From contig JBEKMY010000005.1 of assembly GCA_049523355.1 (NCBI GenBank), positions 28,148 to 92,147 on the forward strand: a DNA stretch of 64,000 nt, given 5' to 3'. How positions within the stretch are numbered: position 1 is the first letter of the stretch; the number at the start of each line of letters is the position of its first letter. The position numbers were made by a program, and so were the translations under genes. The notes under the pieces were generated by a model. That model was given only the letters and a program-made list of their open reading frames with translations. It did no database searches and was not told the origin of the DNA. Below, piece after piece: positions 19,585 to 28,914 of the stretch. This stretch comes from Smithella sp. (GTDB lineage Bacteria; Desulfobacterota; Syntrophia; Syntrophales; Smithellaceae).

Positions 19585-21186
19585 TTATGAACTCTTTTTT
19601 AAATGTATGCCTAACTTCTGCATACGTCCCCTGAGGGTGTTTGGGTGTAATCCGAGAAGAATCGCAGCCCCTTTTGAACCCTCTATCCTCCAATTCGCTT
19701 TCTCCAGAATTTTGAGTATGTGATTTTTTTCTACTTCAGCAAGATTAGTAATGAACTTTCCTTCAGATACGTGTGGTCCGGAATCATCGAGTTTCTCCGC
19801 AAGATAGAGGCTGGTCTCCGTCGCAGTAATGACGGATCTCTCAATGATGTGTTCCAATTCCCTTACATTACCCGGCCAGGAATATGACATAAGTTCCATC
19901 ATGGTATGCTTCGGAACAATCTTGATCTCCTTCTGCATCTTCCTGCAGAACTGTGTCACGAAATGCTTTACCAGAAAAGGAATATCATCATTGCGCTCCC
20001 TTAAGGGGGGCATTGTGATGGGAAAAACATTCAGGCGATAGTAAAGATCCTGCCGGAAACGCCCCTTTGACACTTCTTCTTTAAGATTCCTGCTTGTAAG
20101 GGCAAGAATGCGAGCATCAACCTTGATGGTTTTCGGAGAACCAAGCCGTTCGAATTCCCCGTCCTGTATGGCTCTTAAGAGTTTTGCCTGCAGATCCAGC
20201 GGCAGTTCCGTAATCTCATCAAGAACGAGTGTTCCTTTATCGGCGAGTTCAAAACGGCCAATCTGCATTTCAGTAGAACCGGTATATGCGCCCTTTTCCC
20301 GTCCAAACAATTCGCTTTCGATCAGATTCGGCGTAAGGGCGGCGCAGTTAACGGTCACCATTCTATTTTTTTTCCGGTTACTCAGTTCGTGAATGGTGCG
20401 GGCAATAACTCCCTTTCCTGTTCCCGTTTCTCCAAGAATAAGCGCGACAGAATCCGTTGGCGCAACCTGTTCCATCCTGGAATAAACAAGCCGCATCACC
20501 GCGGATTTTCCAATTATCCCCTCGTAGGTGCACTCTTTTTTAGTCTCATTCCGGAGAGGAAAATCGCCTAACTGAATCTGCTCGTCCAACCGTTGTGCAT
20601 CTATCACGCCTGTTTTATACTTTTCCTCCATGCTTTTGCGGTAAAAGGCGCCGGTAATGATCTCTCCTATCAGTTTCAGCATGGGAATAAGATCAGATGG
20701 AATTTTTCTTTCCTGCTTAATGGTTGTAAACGTCATGCCCGCGATGACCTTGCCGGCAATATGGTATGGGATTACAATATTCGATTTTGTTCCTACTAAC
20801 CGGAAACGCTCTTTATCCTTTGCTGCTTCCGGAGGCAAATCATCAAGACAGCTCAGAGATATGCAACTACCACTCACTACAGCCCTCTTGAAAACCCATG
20901 GGAAATCTTTGTAGCTAAGCCCGTGAGGAAGTGCCGGTAATCCAGGAACAACATACTGGTATTTCCACTTCATATGAGAATCGTCCTCTGAAACTTCCCA
21001 GAAAGCGCAACGGTCAAAATCCAGACACTCAACGATTTGCTTTAATGACTGCGTAATTTTTTCATCGATTTCAGAGACAGGCGCATTGGCGAACCCGGTT
21101 GAAAATTCTAATATCAATTTTTCGAATCCGGGAAACCGCTCCGGTCCTGTATTTATTAGAGAAGAATTTGATTTTTTGTTTTTCAT
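19585..21186 (-). CDS. Sigma54-dependent transcriptional activator (GAF sensor - AAA+ - Fis-type HTH), with no receiver domain
   Basis: Walker A is GETGTGKGVIA. ESELFGREKGAYTGS is the GAFTGA-loop variant. The C-terminal HTH is GSKGAAILLGLHPNTLRGRMQKLGI. The N-terminal ~190 aa are GAF-like. Confidence 0.9.
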   Translation of the reverse strand: MKNKKSNSSLINTGPERFPGFEKLILEFSTGFANAPVSEIDEKITQSLKQIVECLDFDRCAFWEVSEDDSHMKWKYQYVVPGLPALPHGLSYKDFPWVFKRAVVSGSCISLSCLDDLPPEAAKDKERFRLVGTKSNIVIPYHIAGKVIAGMTFTTIKQERKIPSDLIPMLKLIGEIITGAFYRKSMEEKYKTGVIDAQRLDEQIQLGDFPLRNETKKECTYEGIIGKSAVMRLVYSRMEQVAPTDSVALILGETGTGKGVIARTIHELSNRKKNRMVTVNCAALTPNLIESELFGREKGAYTGSTEMQIGRFELADKGTLVLDEITELPLDLQAKLLRAIQDGEFERLGSPKTIKVDARILALTSRNLKEEVSKGRFRQDLYYRLNVFPITMPPLRERNDDIPFLVKHFVTQFCRKMQKEIKIVPKHTMMELMSYSWPGNVRELEHIIERSVITATETSLYLAEKLDDSGPHVSEGKFITNLAEVEKNHILKILEKANWRIEGSKGAAILLGLHPNTLRGRMQKLGIHLKKSS

Positions 21187-21468
21187 GTTAAGAGATTGAA
21201 AACACTTTTCATTTGATGATCTATATCTCTAATGAAAATAAATGTCAACTTTTGTTAGAACAAGGATCATCGCATGAAATTTCTACACGCAAAAAAGCAA
21301 CAACAACTTAACTTTACTTTGTTATGTTATTATTTTAACATTCGCATCTTTTTTTTTGCTTGAACGTATAGATATGAACATATCTATACACATATTTATG
21401 AACAAGATATAAACAGTATTGCAAAAAATTTTTATATCTGATTTGTTGCTGATTGGGCCGCTTCCACT

Positions 21469-24400
21469 TCAATGTCCCTGATTTTCTGCTTCACGTAAAT
21501 TATTCCCATTGAGCCATTTGGCAGCTTCGCTAACCGAGTTCTGGTCGAACTTCATGCGGAAACGGATAAAAGGCCCCTGAGCGGTGTAATCTGAAGCGGA
21601 AAAATCTCTATCTTTAAAACCGGTTATATTATAGCCAATACTCACCCAGACATTTTGCATCAAATTATAGCCGGCAGATATTCCGTTGGAGTAATCAAAT
21701 TGTGACGAATTCCATGAATGCAGAATGCTGCTGTCTAACCCGATATCCCAATCCTTGTTAATATCGTAGCGTCCTTCTATTCCGATGAGATCCGTATAGC
21801 CGATATAATCACTGCTGTCTATTTGTTCTTGCACGTACTTAGCGCCATAATGCAGCGAAATCTGTAGATCTTTTTGGGGATTATAGTTAATCATCAGATT
21901 GTCAACGAGTCTCCATGAATTATAATCGGAGCTGCCGCTTCCGCTTAGATCATCAATAATAAAATCCAGACGGTTTAACGCAATCCATTGTGTCTGCGGG
22001 GGGCGATACACAAGGCCCTGACGCAGATCGATTTTAAAGGTATTGGGACCCGAAGTATCGGAGGTCTGGAAGAGCTGAAGGCGTCCCGACACTGCCCAAC
22101 TGCTGTCAACTTCTTTAACAACACCGCTCATCAAACTCCACTTGTTTTCACTGTCCGCCAGACGTAATTCCAGACGGTTATCCCATGTCAGCTTTTTGAT
22201 CTGATAGGTTGCGCCGACGGAAGCAGCGGTAAAATCCTCGCTGATAGCCGTCGCTGTCTGGACACTGCCCGAGACAGGAGACACATTCGTGTTGAACTGG
22301 TAGTGCTCATTATTGGCTACTGTCTGACTGCGTTCCAATCCGGCATCCGCCTTCCAGGCATCGTTGATCTTCCAGCTCTGCTTAAGTCCGACATCGGCAA
22401 AGACACGGTCATCATTCTCATCGAACGCCCTGTTTACCGTGCTGCTTAAAGTAGCTCCATCCCAGAGAGATGTACGCATGCCCAGTCTGGTATTCTGTGT
22501 GTTGGTGCCATTGCCCCAGGTAAATTCCTGAGCGGCCAGCAGGGTGAGGGTTTTGGATACCGCGTATTCCGCTCCCAGAGCAGTACGGGTGGGAAAATCG
22601 CTGTTGTTGTTATTTATGATAGATTGGGCGTGATCCAGTGTCAAAGTCAGACGATCATTGAGCGTCTTGAGCCTGCCACCCAAAGTAATCTGGTCTGACT
22701 CCTCGTTACTGCCATCCGTCAGTTGGTCACTCGCGTGCAATAAGCCTACAGACGCGCTATATTCTTTTGTAGTATAACCCAGTTTGCCTTCGGCTACATC
22801 CCGCGTCGCATCGGTCAGCAGGTTGTCCTGGCGATAGATATCTGCGCTGACGTTTAGAGTATCATTGAAACGATAGGCGCCTTCAACACCTGCTTTACGT
22901 GTGCCTGCCTCGCTGCCCGGCTGCTGTCCCAGCCCAAAACCGGGTTCCTGTTCACGGAAATAGACCTTCACGTCAAATAGTTTGGTATTGTGGGTCAATT
23001 CCGCCAGAAAAGCGCCGCCGCTGTGGTTGTAGGAACTGTCGGAAGCTGCTCCTGAATAGTCGCTGTAAGCATATTCTGCGCGGAGTTTTGTATTCTGATC
23101 CAGTTTTAAAGTTGCATCCGTCCCGTAAAGATTGCCGCTTTGATCGCCATCCCCTTCATGAATATAAGTTACGCCGGCCTTCAGTTTATTATCTAATAGT
23201 TTGACGCCTGCACGGCCTCCATAAGTATAATCATTGTTGTTGCCTGTGGATATGGTTTCATATTCAGCGACAATTATAGTCGGATTAAGGTTCTGGTCCC
23301 TGCTGTAAACAGGTGCCTTAAAGAGAATCGTACCGGCATCGTAATCAATGGAATAATCCGTAAAACTGCTCATGGATTGGGATGAAATAACCACCTCACT
23401 GTGGAAACGATCTCTGACTTCGATAGTAACTTTGTCCGAGTTGGGCACGATGGGATGGTGGGAAAGCCGGTAAATGCCGGAAGTGCCATCGCCGGGAATT
23501 TCATCCCTTGAATAAAGTTGATCGGTCTGGCTTGCAAAAGCATTAAGCTCATAGTTCTTGCTCTGCATTTCCGTTTTAAAGCCGGTCATGCTGCGGCTAT
23601 AGCGAGAAAGTTCCGTCATGGTCAGACCCGTGTTAAAATCGCCGAACATGGCGTAAAACTGTTCTCTCTCAATCTTAATGTACAATTTATTGGTGCTGGC
23701 CGCGTCGTATTTCTGCGCGGAGGCATCCCCGTAAAGCGTGAAATTGGTTTCGGGATTGATCGTCTGGAACAATCCGCTGCCGTTGTTTTCTTTTACCTTG
23801 GCAGAATCATAGGCTATTGTCAGCAGCCATTTACCTTTTATCTGACCCTTGGCAAAGAAGGCGACACGGCCATCCTTGTAGTAATTTTCATCAACATTGG
23901 CGTTCTGCAGATTTTCCATGTTGCCCGAAACGGTATTATAACCGGCAGTTCCTTCGGCCAGACCGACTAATATCCAATCCCTCATTTTGGGATTAGCATA
24001 CGTTTCCGCTTCAACGGTGACATTATTGTAGCCGAGAACAACCCGATAGAGGCCGGTATTGTTAACCGGCGCAAACAGGACTTCTCCCTCCCTGCTCATC
24101 TGAACATGCGGATGGCTGCCGGCGGCAGGCGGCGCCGCAAAAATATCAGGTTTTTTTAACGGAGACAGCGTGCCTTCGCGAATTTCCAGTTCCGTTCCGG
24201 CAGGGATAAGAGTGCCGTCGGCGTCATAGAGTTCAAGATGAAGTTTTACAGGTGTCTTACCGTCGGCAACATTTCCCTCGGCCGATTTCAGCCGGATGGA
24301 AACAATTGCTCCGCTACGTTTCACGGAGATTGCTTGTTTGAACCGGACATTGCCAAAGGGGTCAATGCCCTGAAACACAACAACATGATTTCCTGTCTTT

Positions 24401-27400
24401 CCAAAATCAACGCCGATATAGCTGTAAATCGTCTTATCCGCTTTTTTATCCTTCATCGTGAAACCGATACGATCTTCCGAAACCTCTTTATCGTCAATCA
24501 GCAGGCGCGGAGTCAGTTTGGAACTAAGACAGGCACGAATGCCGTTTATGCTGTTTATCAGAATATCTTTGTCACTCGGATAAAGTATCCCTTCGGGATC
24601 ATTGATTGTCGGCTCAGACTCTTCCGGATTGGTAGCAGCCGAAGCGCCTTGCGCTGCCGAACCCGATTTGTCAGACGCAGTCACACCGGTTGGAGGTTCA
24701 GCTTTAATCGTCGCGTGGCCTTCGGATGCGGAAAGTGAATGATCTCCATTATCCTTTACTTTCTGATCAGCCTCGGGAGAGACAGGAATAACTTTCCCTG
24801 CCGTTTTCGTTTCCGCCCGCATCTGGCCGCTTTGTTCCTTAACAACATTCAAACTCGACTTGTCCACAACACGGCTGGAAGAAATGCGCAATTCGACACG
24901 CCTGTTTAGCGCCTTGCCTTCTGCAGTGCGATTATCTGCAATCGGATTTTCGCTCCCCTTCCCTTCAATAAATAGTTTTTCAGGAGGAAGATGAAGTTTG
25001 TCCATCAGATAACGGCCGACGCTTTTTGCACGCGCCAGAGAAAGCGCCTGATTGTCCGCATACTCACTACGATGACTCTCAGCGATAAGAACGTTATCCG
25101 TGTATCCGGTCACCTGGATTTTTTCCACACGCAAACCGGACAATACTATTGCCAGTTCATCCAGTTTTTTATAGTCTTCAGCGCTCAATTCAGCGCCCCG
25201 CACCGGAAAGTGCGGATGTAATACGATATCGGGCATCTTAGATACTTCAACTTTCTTGTCAAGCTGCAAAACTGTTTCCGCCGGAGGCGTCAGCACTTCC
25301 GCTTTTCCGTCGCCGTCCGCGGCCAGATAAGCCTTTGTTACAAGCTCTCCGGCTTTAATATCGGCAGACGGCATCGCCCGGAATGTAATTTCGTGACGCC
25401 AGCCCGCAGGCAGATCATTGAGCTTGAATACCAGTTGGTCTTTTTCCTGCTGCACCTGCTGCAGAGGGTCGGCAAGGGCAACGCCATCCATCATGCTGCT
25501 GCCCTTCTTGTAAATCACGCCCTGAGGCAGTGTAATGTTTAGTCTTGCCGCGACGAGGGGCAAATCGCTGCCTTTCATAGAAACCTTGTAGGCAATATTT
25601 TCTTTCTCCAGTTGATTGGCCATCTCCAGAACAATTTCACCTTTTACCGGTTCAGGAGCGGCCCGTTTTATAGATGATTTCTTTTTGCGTATATGAAAAT
25701 CCGTGCGCCAGATGACGCCGCCCTTAATTTCGACAAACTGCGAAAATGCCTGCCCGGCAAAACGGGTGTTTTGAGTGCAGGCAAAGGGTTCGTAACCTTC
25801 CGGCAGTGAATCCAAATCCATCTGAACCACATGTGTTCCGGCACGCACTCCTTCAAAATGAAACATACCCTTCTTATCGCTGATAACAAAAGAGCCGTCC
25901 TCCATATATATCCGCACGCCCTCGACGCCGTTGGGTCCGTCACCTGTTTTTTCGTTGCATTCTCCTGTGGAAACACGCCCCATCAGGAATGATTTGGTTT
26001 TCATAAGATCGTCTGTGATAGTAACCGTTACGCTGGCATTGTTTGATTTTAATCCGTTACCGGCGCCGGCAATCGCGTTGTTGGTCGCGTTGCCGAGGCG
26101 TGTTCCGACAGTTACTTCCACCACATAATCTATCGTGACGGAGATTCCTGCCGCCAGAACGCCGACATTAAAAGTAAGCGTTCGGCCATCGGCTGAAATA
26201 AACGGATCGGCTATGGAAACGCCATTTAATTTTGCCGACCCACTGCGATATCTGAAACCGATAGGTAGAGTATCCGTAACCTGAACACCGGCCAGGGCAA
26301 CTGACTTGCTGTTATTGGTGAGTGTCAGCTCGTAGAGAATAAAATCACCCTGTCCCGCGGAGCTCTTATTGGCGGTCTTCTGAAGCCAGAGACCTGAGGC
26401 GGACGGATCAATGGGAATATCAATATGAATAGCCGGACCGGGATTAAGGGTAAATACCTCTCCACGGGAACCGGTAACGATAGCAAATGGCGCGCCGGGT
26501 AGCGACTGAATGGCTGTGGTCGCTACGGTGCTGGGGAAAGTGTATCCGGTCGGCGGAACAACCGTAAATTTATAGCTGCCGGACGGTATGAACGGGAATT
26601 GGTAGCCTCCCGGCGGGAATGAATATAGATTCCCGCTGCTGTCTTTCGCTGAACCGCCGCTGGTAATGGTTGACGGGAAAGTACTGACCCCGTCGTTGCC
26701 GAAAACAGTAGCCGGTAATCCCGTGGCAGTATTAATAATAGTAATGGCGGCTCCATTGACCGGCAGGCCGCTTTGAGTATCAAGCACGTGGCCGAAAGGA
26801 TCGACCGCCACTGTTGAGACCGCCTTGTAGTTATTATTATTAGAATCAACATAAGTAACGTAAATAGTATCTCCGTCCTTGACGGAAAGACTGCCATTAT
26901 ATAAAGTGGCCGCGGCGCTTGTTGTTGGCAGATAACCGGCGAACACACCGGTATTCGGACCGGTTTCGGTCAGGCTTACAATCTCGATATCACCGGTTGA
27001 CGGATCGGTGACTGTAACAAAAATTGTCTCGGCCACATTAGGATTCAAGTTCTGGTCGGGAGATGTCACAACAATAAAAAGCGGTTCTCCCTGATGTATT
27101 TGTGTGGTCGAACTCAGCGGCACAGGCTGGCTTAAGTTAATAGGGGTACTTGTTCCCACCGGAAGCGGTGCAGGCAGAGCGACTAGCGGACCAGTGGCGC
27201 TGCCGGACCTATAGGAGGTTGTAGCTACATTGACATTGTCGGCACCCGAAAGCCCGGGCGAATATGTCATGATTTGCACAGTAGAAGGAGCAGGGATCAC
27301 AACCGTGACGGTCACCGAAGATGTTGCCGTCATTCCCTGCGCGTAATTAAGACTCGCATTGTTGACGATTGTATTCCCTTGAACAGGAGTAAGACATAGA

Positions 27401-27618
27401 GCCGCGGAAGGAACAAAGAACAAAGCAAATACAGCCAGCCCCAACGCGACCGTTGTAATATTGCGAAAACAGGAACAAAGCAAATTCAGGCCGGAACTAA
27501 ACCCGGAACTAAACAAGGAAAGACCTCTGCCGCGCCCCGTTAAAGGCGAGCGGACGGGTTTTCCGGCCATCAGGCCGGAAAACCCGCTGTTTAGTTTTTG
27601 TATCCAGTTCAAAATCAT
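21469..27618 (-). CDS. Giant (2049 aa) outer-membrane protein: Ig-like DUF11/Cna-B-type repeats, an internal OmpA-like peptidoglycan-binding domain and a ~840-aa C-terminal predicted beta-barrel
   Basis: The protein has a hydrophobic signal-like N-terminus. A DUF11-type repeat reads KTANKSSAGQGDFILYELTLTNNS...VTDTLPIGFRY. Cna-B/CarboxypepD_reg-like segments are DTQSGLPVNGAAITIINTATG...GSYKFTVVPPTGYTFPS and VEGVRIYMEDGSFVISDKKGMFHFEGVRAGTHVV. The OmpA motif VTGYTDN...NQALSLARAKSVGRYL...NRRVELRI lies at about nt 24880-25220 and is followed by a low-complexity linker. About nt 21469-23990 is a Tyr/Gly/Asp/Asn-rich stretch of alternating hydrophobicity ending GPFIRFRMKF. Confidence 0.75.
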   Translation of the reverse strand: MILNWIQKLNSGFSGLMAGKPVRSPLTGRGRGLSLFSSGFSSGLNLLCSCFRNITTVALGLAVFALFFVPSAALCLTPVQGNTIVNNASLNYAQGMTATSSVTVTVVIPAPSTVQIMTYSPGLSGADNVNVATTSYRSGSATGPLVALPAPLPVGTSTPINLSQPVPLSSTTQIHQGEPLFIVVTSPDQNLNPNVAETIFVTVTDPSTGDIEIVSLTETGPNTGVFAGYLPTTSAAATLYNGSLSVKDGDTIYVTYVDSNNNNYKAVSTVAVDPFGHVLDTQSGLPVNGAAITIINTATGLPATVFGNDGVSTFPSTITSGGSAKDSSGNLYSFPPGGYQFPFIPSGSYKFTVVPPTGYTFPSTVATTAIQSLPGAPFAIVTGSRGEVFTLNPGPAIHIDIPIDPSASGLWLQKTANKSSAGQGDFILYELTLTNNSKSVALAGVQVTDTLPIGFRYRSGSAKLNGVSIADPFISADGRTLTFNVGVLAAGISVTIDYVVEVTVGTRLGNATNNAIAGAGNGLKSNNASVTVTITDDLMKTKSFLMGRVSTGECNEKTGDGPNGVEGVRIYMEDGSFVISDKKGMFHFEGVRAGTHVVQMDLDSLPEGYEPFACTQNTRFAGQAFSQFVEIKGGVIWRTDFHIRKKKSSIKRAAPEPVKGEIVLEMANQLEKENIAYKVSMKGSDLPLVAARLNITLPQGVIYKKGSSMMDGVALADPLQQVQQEKDQLVFKLNDLPAGWRHEITFRAMPSADIKAGELVTKAYLAADGDGKAEVLTPPAETVLQLDKKVEVSKMPDIVLHPHFPVRGAELSAEDYKKLDELAIVLSGLRVEKIQVTGYTDNVLIAESHRSEYADNQALSLARAKSVGRYLMDKLHLPPEKLFIEGKGSENPIADNRTAEGKALNRRVELRISSSRVVDKSSLNVVKEQSGQMRAETKTAGKVIPVSPEADQKVKDNGDHSLSASEGHATIKAEPPTGVTASDKSGSAAQGASAATNPEESEPTINDPEGILYPSDKDILINSINGIRACLSSKLTPRLLIDDKEVSEDRIGFTMKDKKADKTIYSYIGVDFGKTGNHVVVFQGIDPFGNVRFKQAISVKRSGAIVSIRLKSAEGNVADGKTPVKLHLELYDADGTLIPAGTELEIREGTLSPLKKPDIFAAPPAAGSHPHVQMSREGEVLFAPVNNTGLYRVVLGYNNVTVEAETYANPKMRDWILVGLAEGTAGYNTVSGNMENLQNANVDENYYKDGRVAFFAKGQIKGKWLLTIAYDSAKVKENNGSGLFQTINPETNFTLYGDASAQKYDAASTNKLYIKIEREQFYAMFGDFNTGLTMTELSRYSRSMTGFKTEMQSKNYELNAFASQTDQLYSRDEIPGDGTSGIYRLSHHPIVPNSDKVTIEVRDRFHSEVVISSQSMSSFTDYSIDYDAGTILFKAPVYSRDQNLNPTIIVAEYETISTGNNNDYTYGGRAGVKLLDNKLKAGVTYIHEGDGDQSGNLYGTDATLKLDQNTKLRAEYAYSDYSGAASDSSYNHSGGAFLAELTHNTKLFDVKVYFREQEPGFGLGQQPGSEAGTRKAGVEGAYRFNDTLNVSADIYRQDNLLTDATRDVAEGKLGYTTKEYSASVGLLHASDQLTDGSNEESDQITLGGRLKTLNDRLTLTLDHAQSIINNNNSDFPTRTALGAEYAVSKTLTLLAAQEFTWGNGTNTQNTRLGMRTSLWDGATLSSTVNRAFDENDDRVFADVGLKQSWKINDAWKADAGLERSQTVANNEHYQFNTNVSPVSGSVQTATAISEDFTAASVGATYQIKKLTWDNRLELRLADSENKWSLMSGVVKEVDSSWAVSGRLQLFQTSDTSGPNTFKIDLRQGLVYRPPQTQWIALNRLDFIIDDLSGSGSSDYNSWRLVDNLMINYNPQKDLQISLHYGAKYVQEQIDSSDYIGYTDLIGIEGRYDINKDWDIGLDSSILHSWNSSQFDYSNGISAGYNLMQNVWVSIGYNITGFKDRDFSASDYTAQGPFIRFRMKFDQNSVSEAAKWLNGNNLREAENQGH

Positions 27619-27641
27619 CGCTTCAGCTTTGATCCCGTCAA

Positions 27642-28838
27642 TTAGTTGTTAAGAGTCACCCGGTATAAAACAAGCTCACTCTTATTGGCGGGAATTGTTC
27701 CTCCTGCCGAACTCGTCGCTCCCGTGCCTATATACACGGTCAGTGTGGGTGCGGAGTAATTAGCCGCGCCCGTTCCATTAGCCGTCAAATAAGAAGTGGC
27801 GCCGGAATCGCTTACATAAGTCACATCTGTGCTGCCTGGATATGCGCCTTTCGTGAAAGCGACGTAAGATGTCGGCAGGGAATCCGTGACAACGGAAGCC
27901 GAAACCGATCCCGTCGCGCTTGAATTGGTCGCGACCAGAACATATTCCAGAACATCACCCGGTTTTGCCGTAACTCCCGCCGAGTAATAATTGGTGGAAT
28001 TATAAACATAGGGCGTCCCTGTACCGCTGGCCGTGGATACATTGCGGACATACTTGGTCAGAGTTGCCACACCGCTGGTAAAGGTGTTCAAAACCGCGAG
28101 GGGAGAAGTAGCCGTAACCGACGGATTAGTAGCTGATGCAATGGTCACCTTATCTGAAACCGTTACGTCGGTTCCGGATGAAGTTATCGTCCCGGGAGTG
28201 ACAGTGGTTGTAATAACCTTCTGTTCGGCCACTAACACGCCTGCGCCGGGAGCACCGCCACTCAGACCCTGATTCAGCGTGATGGTGGAAGTGCCGCTGG
28301 CATTGTCGCTGATTGCGAGAACAGTTCTTACATCCCCGTTGATCACCACCGTGGAGCCGACCACGATACCGTTGAGATTGTTGTTGGCTACGCCATCGGA
28401 TGGAACATTTATAACCGTAGCCGAAGATCCGGCAGTGGTAACGGTCCCGCCGAGCGACACAGTGGCAGCGGTTGGACTTGCCCCAGGGGTGCCGGTATTG
28501 GTGTTGGTGGAACCGGAGACCGCCGCGGTAATATTATAAGTATCCGGACCGTTGGCCGTCCCGGTTACAGTATAACTGTCGGTCAGGGTCGCGGTGCCAC
28601 TGTATGAAGTAGTCTGCGCTGTTCCCGCGACAATGTTCGGCGCGGAAGGAACCAGGACTACTGTAACAGAGACACTCGCCGTGGCTGTCTTAGTACCGGT
28701 ACCATCATTATAAGACAGTGTGGCATTGTTGATAATCTGAGTGTTGGCTGCCAGGTTGGCCCAGGCTGAAGCTGCCCAGAAAAAAGCAAACAACAAACTA
28801 ATAAAAATGTAACAACAGGTTATTTTATAAATCTTCAT
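27642..28838 (-). CDS. Secreted Thr/Ser/Gly/Ala/Val-rich DUF11-type protein (398 aa), putative fibre/shaft subunit
   Basis: The signal peptide ends ...AASAWA|NLAANT. The mature part has no Cys, Met, Trp or His. A DUF11-like C-terminal domain reads KPGDVLEYVLVATNSS...VTDSLPTSYV...ELVLYRVTLNN*. It is a paralogue of the 385-aa protein, sharing NGxDTY and both N- and C-terminal motifs. Confidence 0.8.
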   Translation of the reverse strand: MKIYKITCCYIFISLLFAFFWAASAWANLAANTQIINNATLSYNDGTGTKTATASVSVTVVLVPSAPNIVAGTAQTTSYSGTATLTDSYTVTGTANGPDTYNITAAVSGSTNTNTGTPGASPTAATVSLGGTVTTAGSSATVINVPSDGVANNNLNGIVVGSTVVINGDVRTVLAISDNASGTSTITLNQGLSGGAPGAGVLVAEQKVITTTVTPGTITSSGTDVTVSDKVTIASATNPSVTATSPLAVLNTFTSGVATLTKYVRNVSTASGTGTPYVYNSTNYYSAGVTAKPGDVLEYVLVATNSSATGSVSASVVTDSLPTSYVAFTKGAYPGSTDVTYVSDSGATSYLTANGTGAANYSAPTLTVYIGTGATSSAGGTIPANKSELVLYRVTLNN

Positions 28839-28873
28839 ATCTATTTTGATCCTTTTTTATTTTCCCCGGAAAA

Positions 28874-28899
28874 CTGAAGCGGCGTACTTGCCGCTTCAG
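28874..28899 (-). terminator. 10-bp perfect stem-loop between the two shaft-subunit genes; possible partial terminator or attenuator
   Basis: CTGAAGCGGC-gtactt-GCCGCTTCAG. On the minus strand it is followed by TTTTCCGGGG, a short U-tract. It lies 16 nt after the stop of the 385-aa gene. Confidence 0.4.
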
Positions 28900-28914
28900 T
28901 TCCGGTTCAGATTG

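Noticed and set aside
21115-21135. A tRNA-like T-loop string (TTCGAATCC)
   Set aside because: It lies inside the sigma54-activator CDS with no acceptor or anticodon stem context. No tRNA gene was found in the window.
27400-27618. A twin-arginine signal or lipoprotein lipobox at the N-terminus of the 2049-aa protein (TGRGRGLSLF; SAALC)
   Set aside because: There is no RR pair in an S/T-R-R-x-F-L-K context. A-A-L-C also violates the lipobox requirement for a small residue (G/A/S) at position -1. The N-terminus is treated as an extended Sec-type signal with an uncertain start codon.
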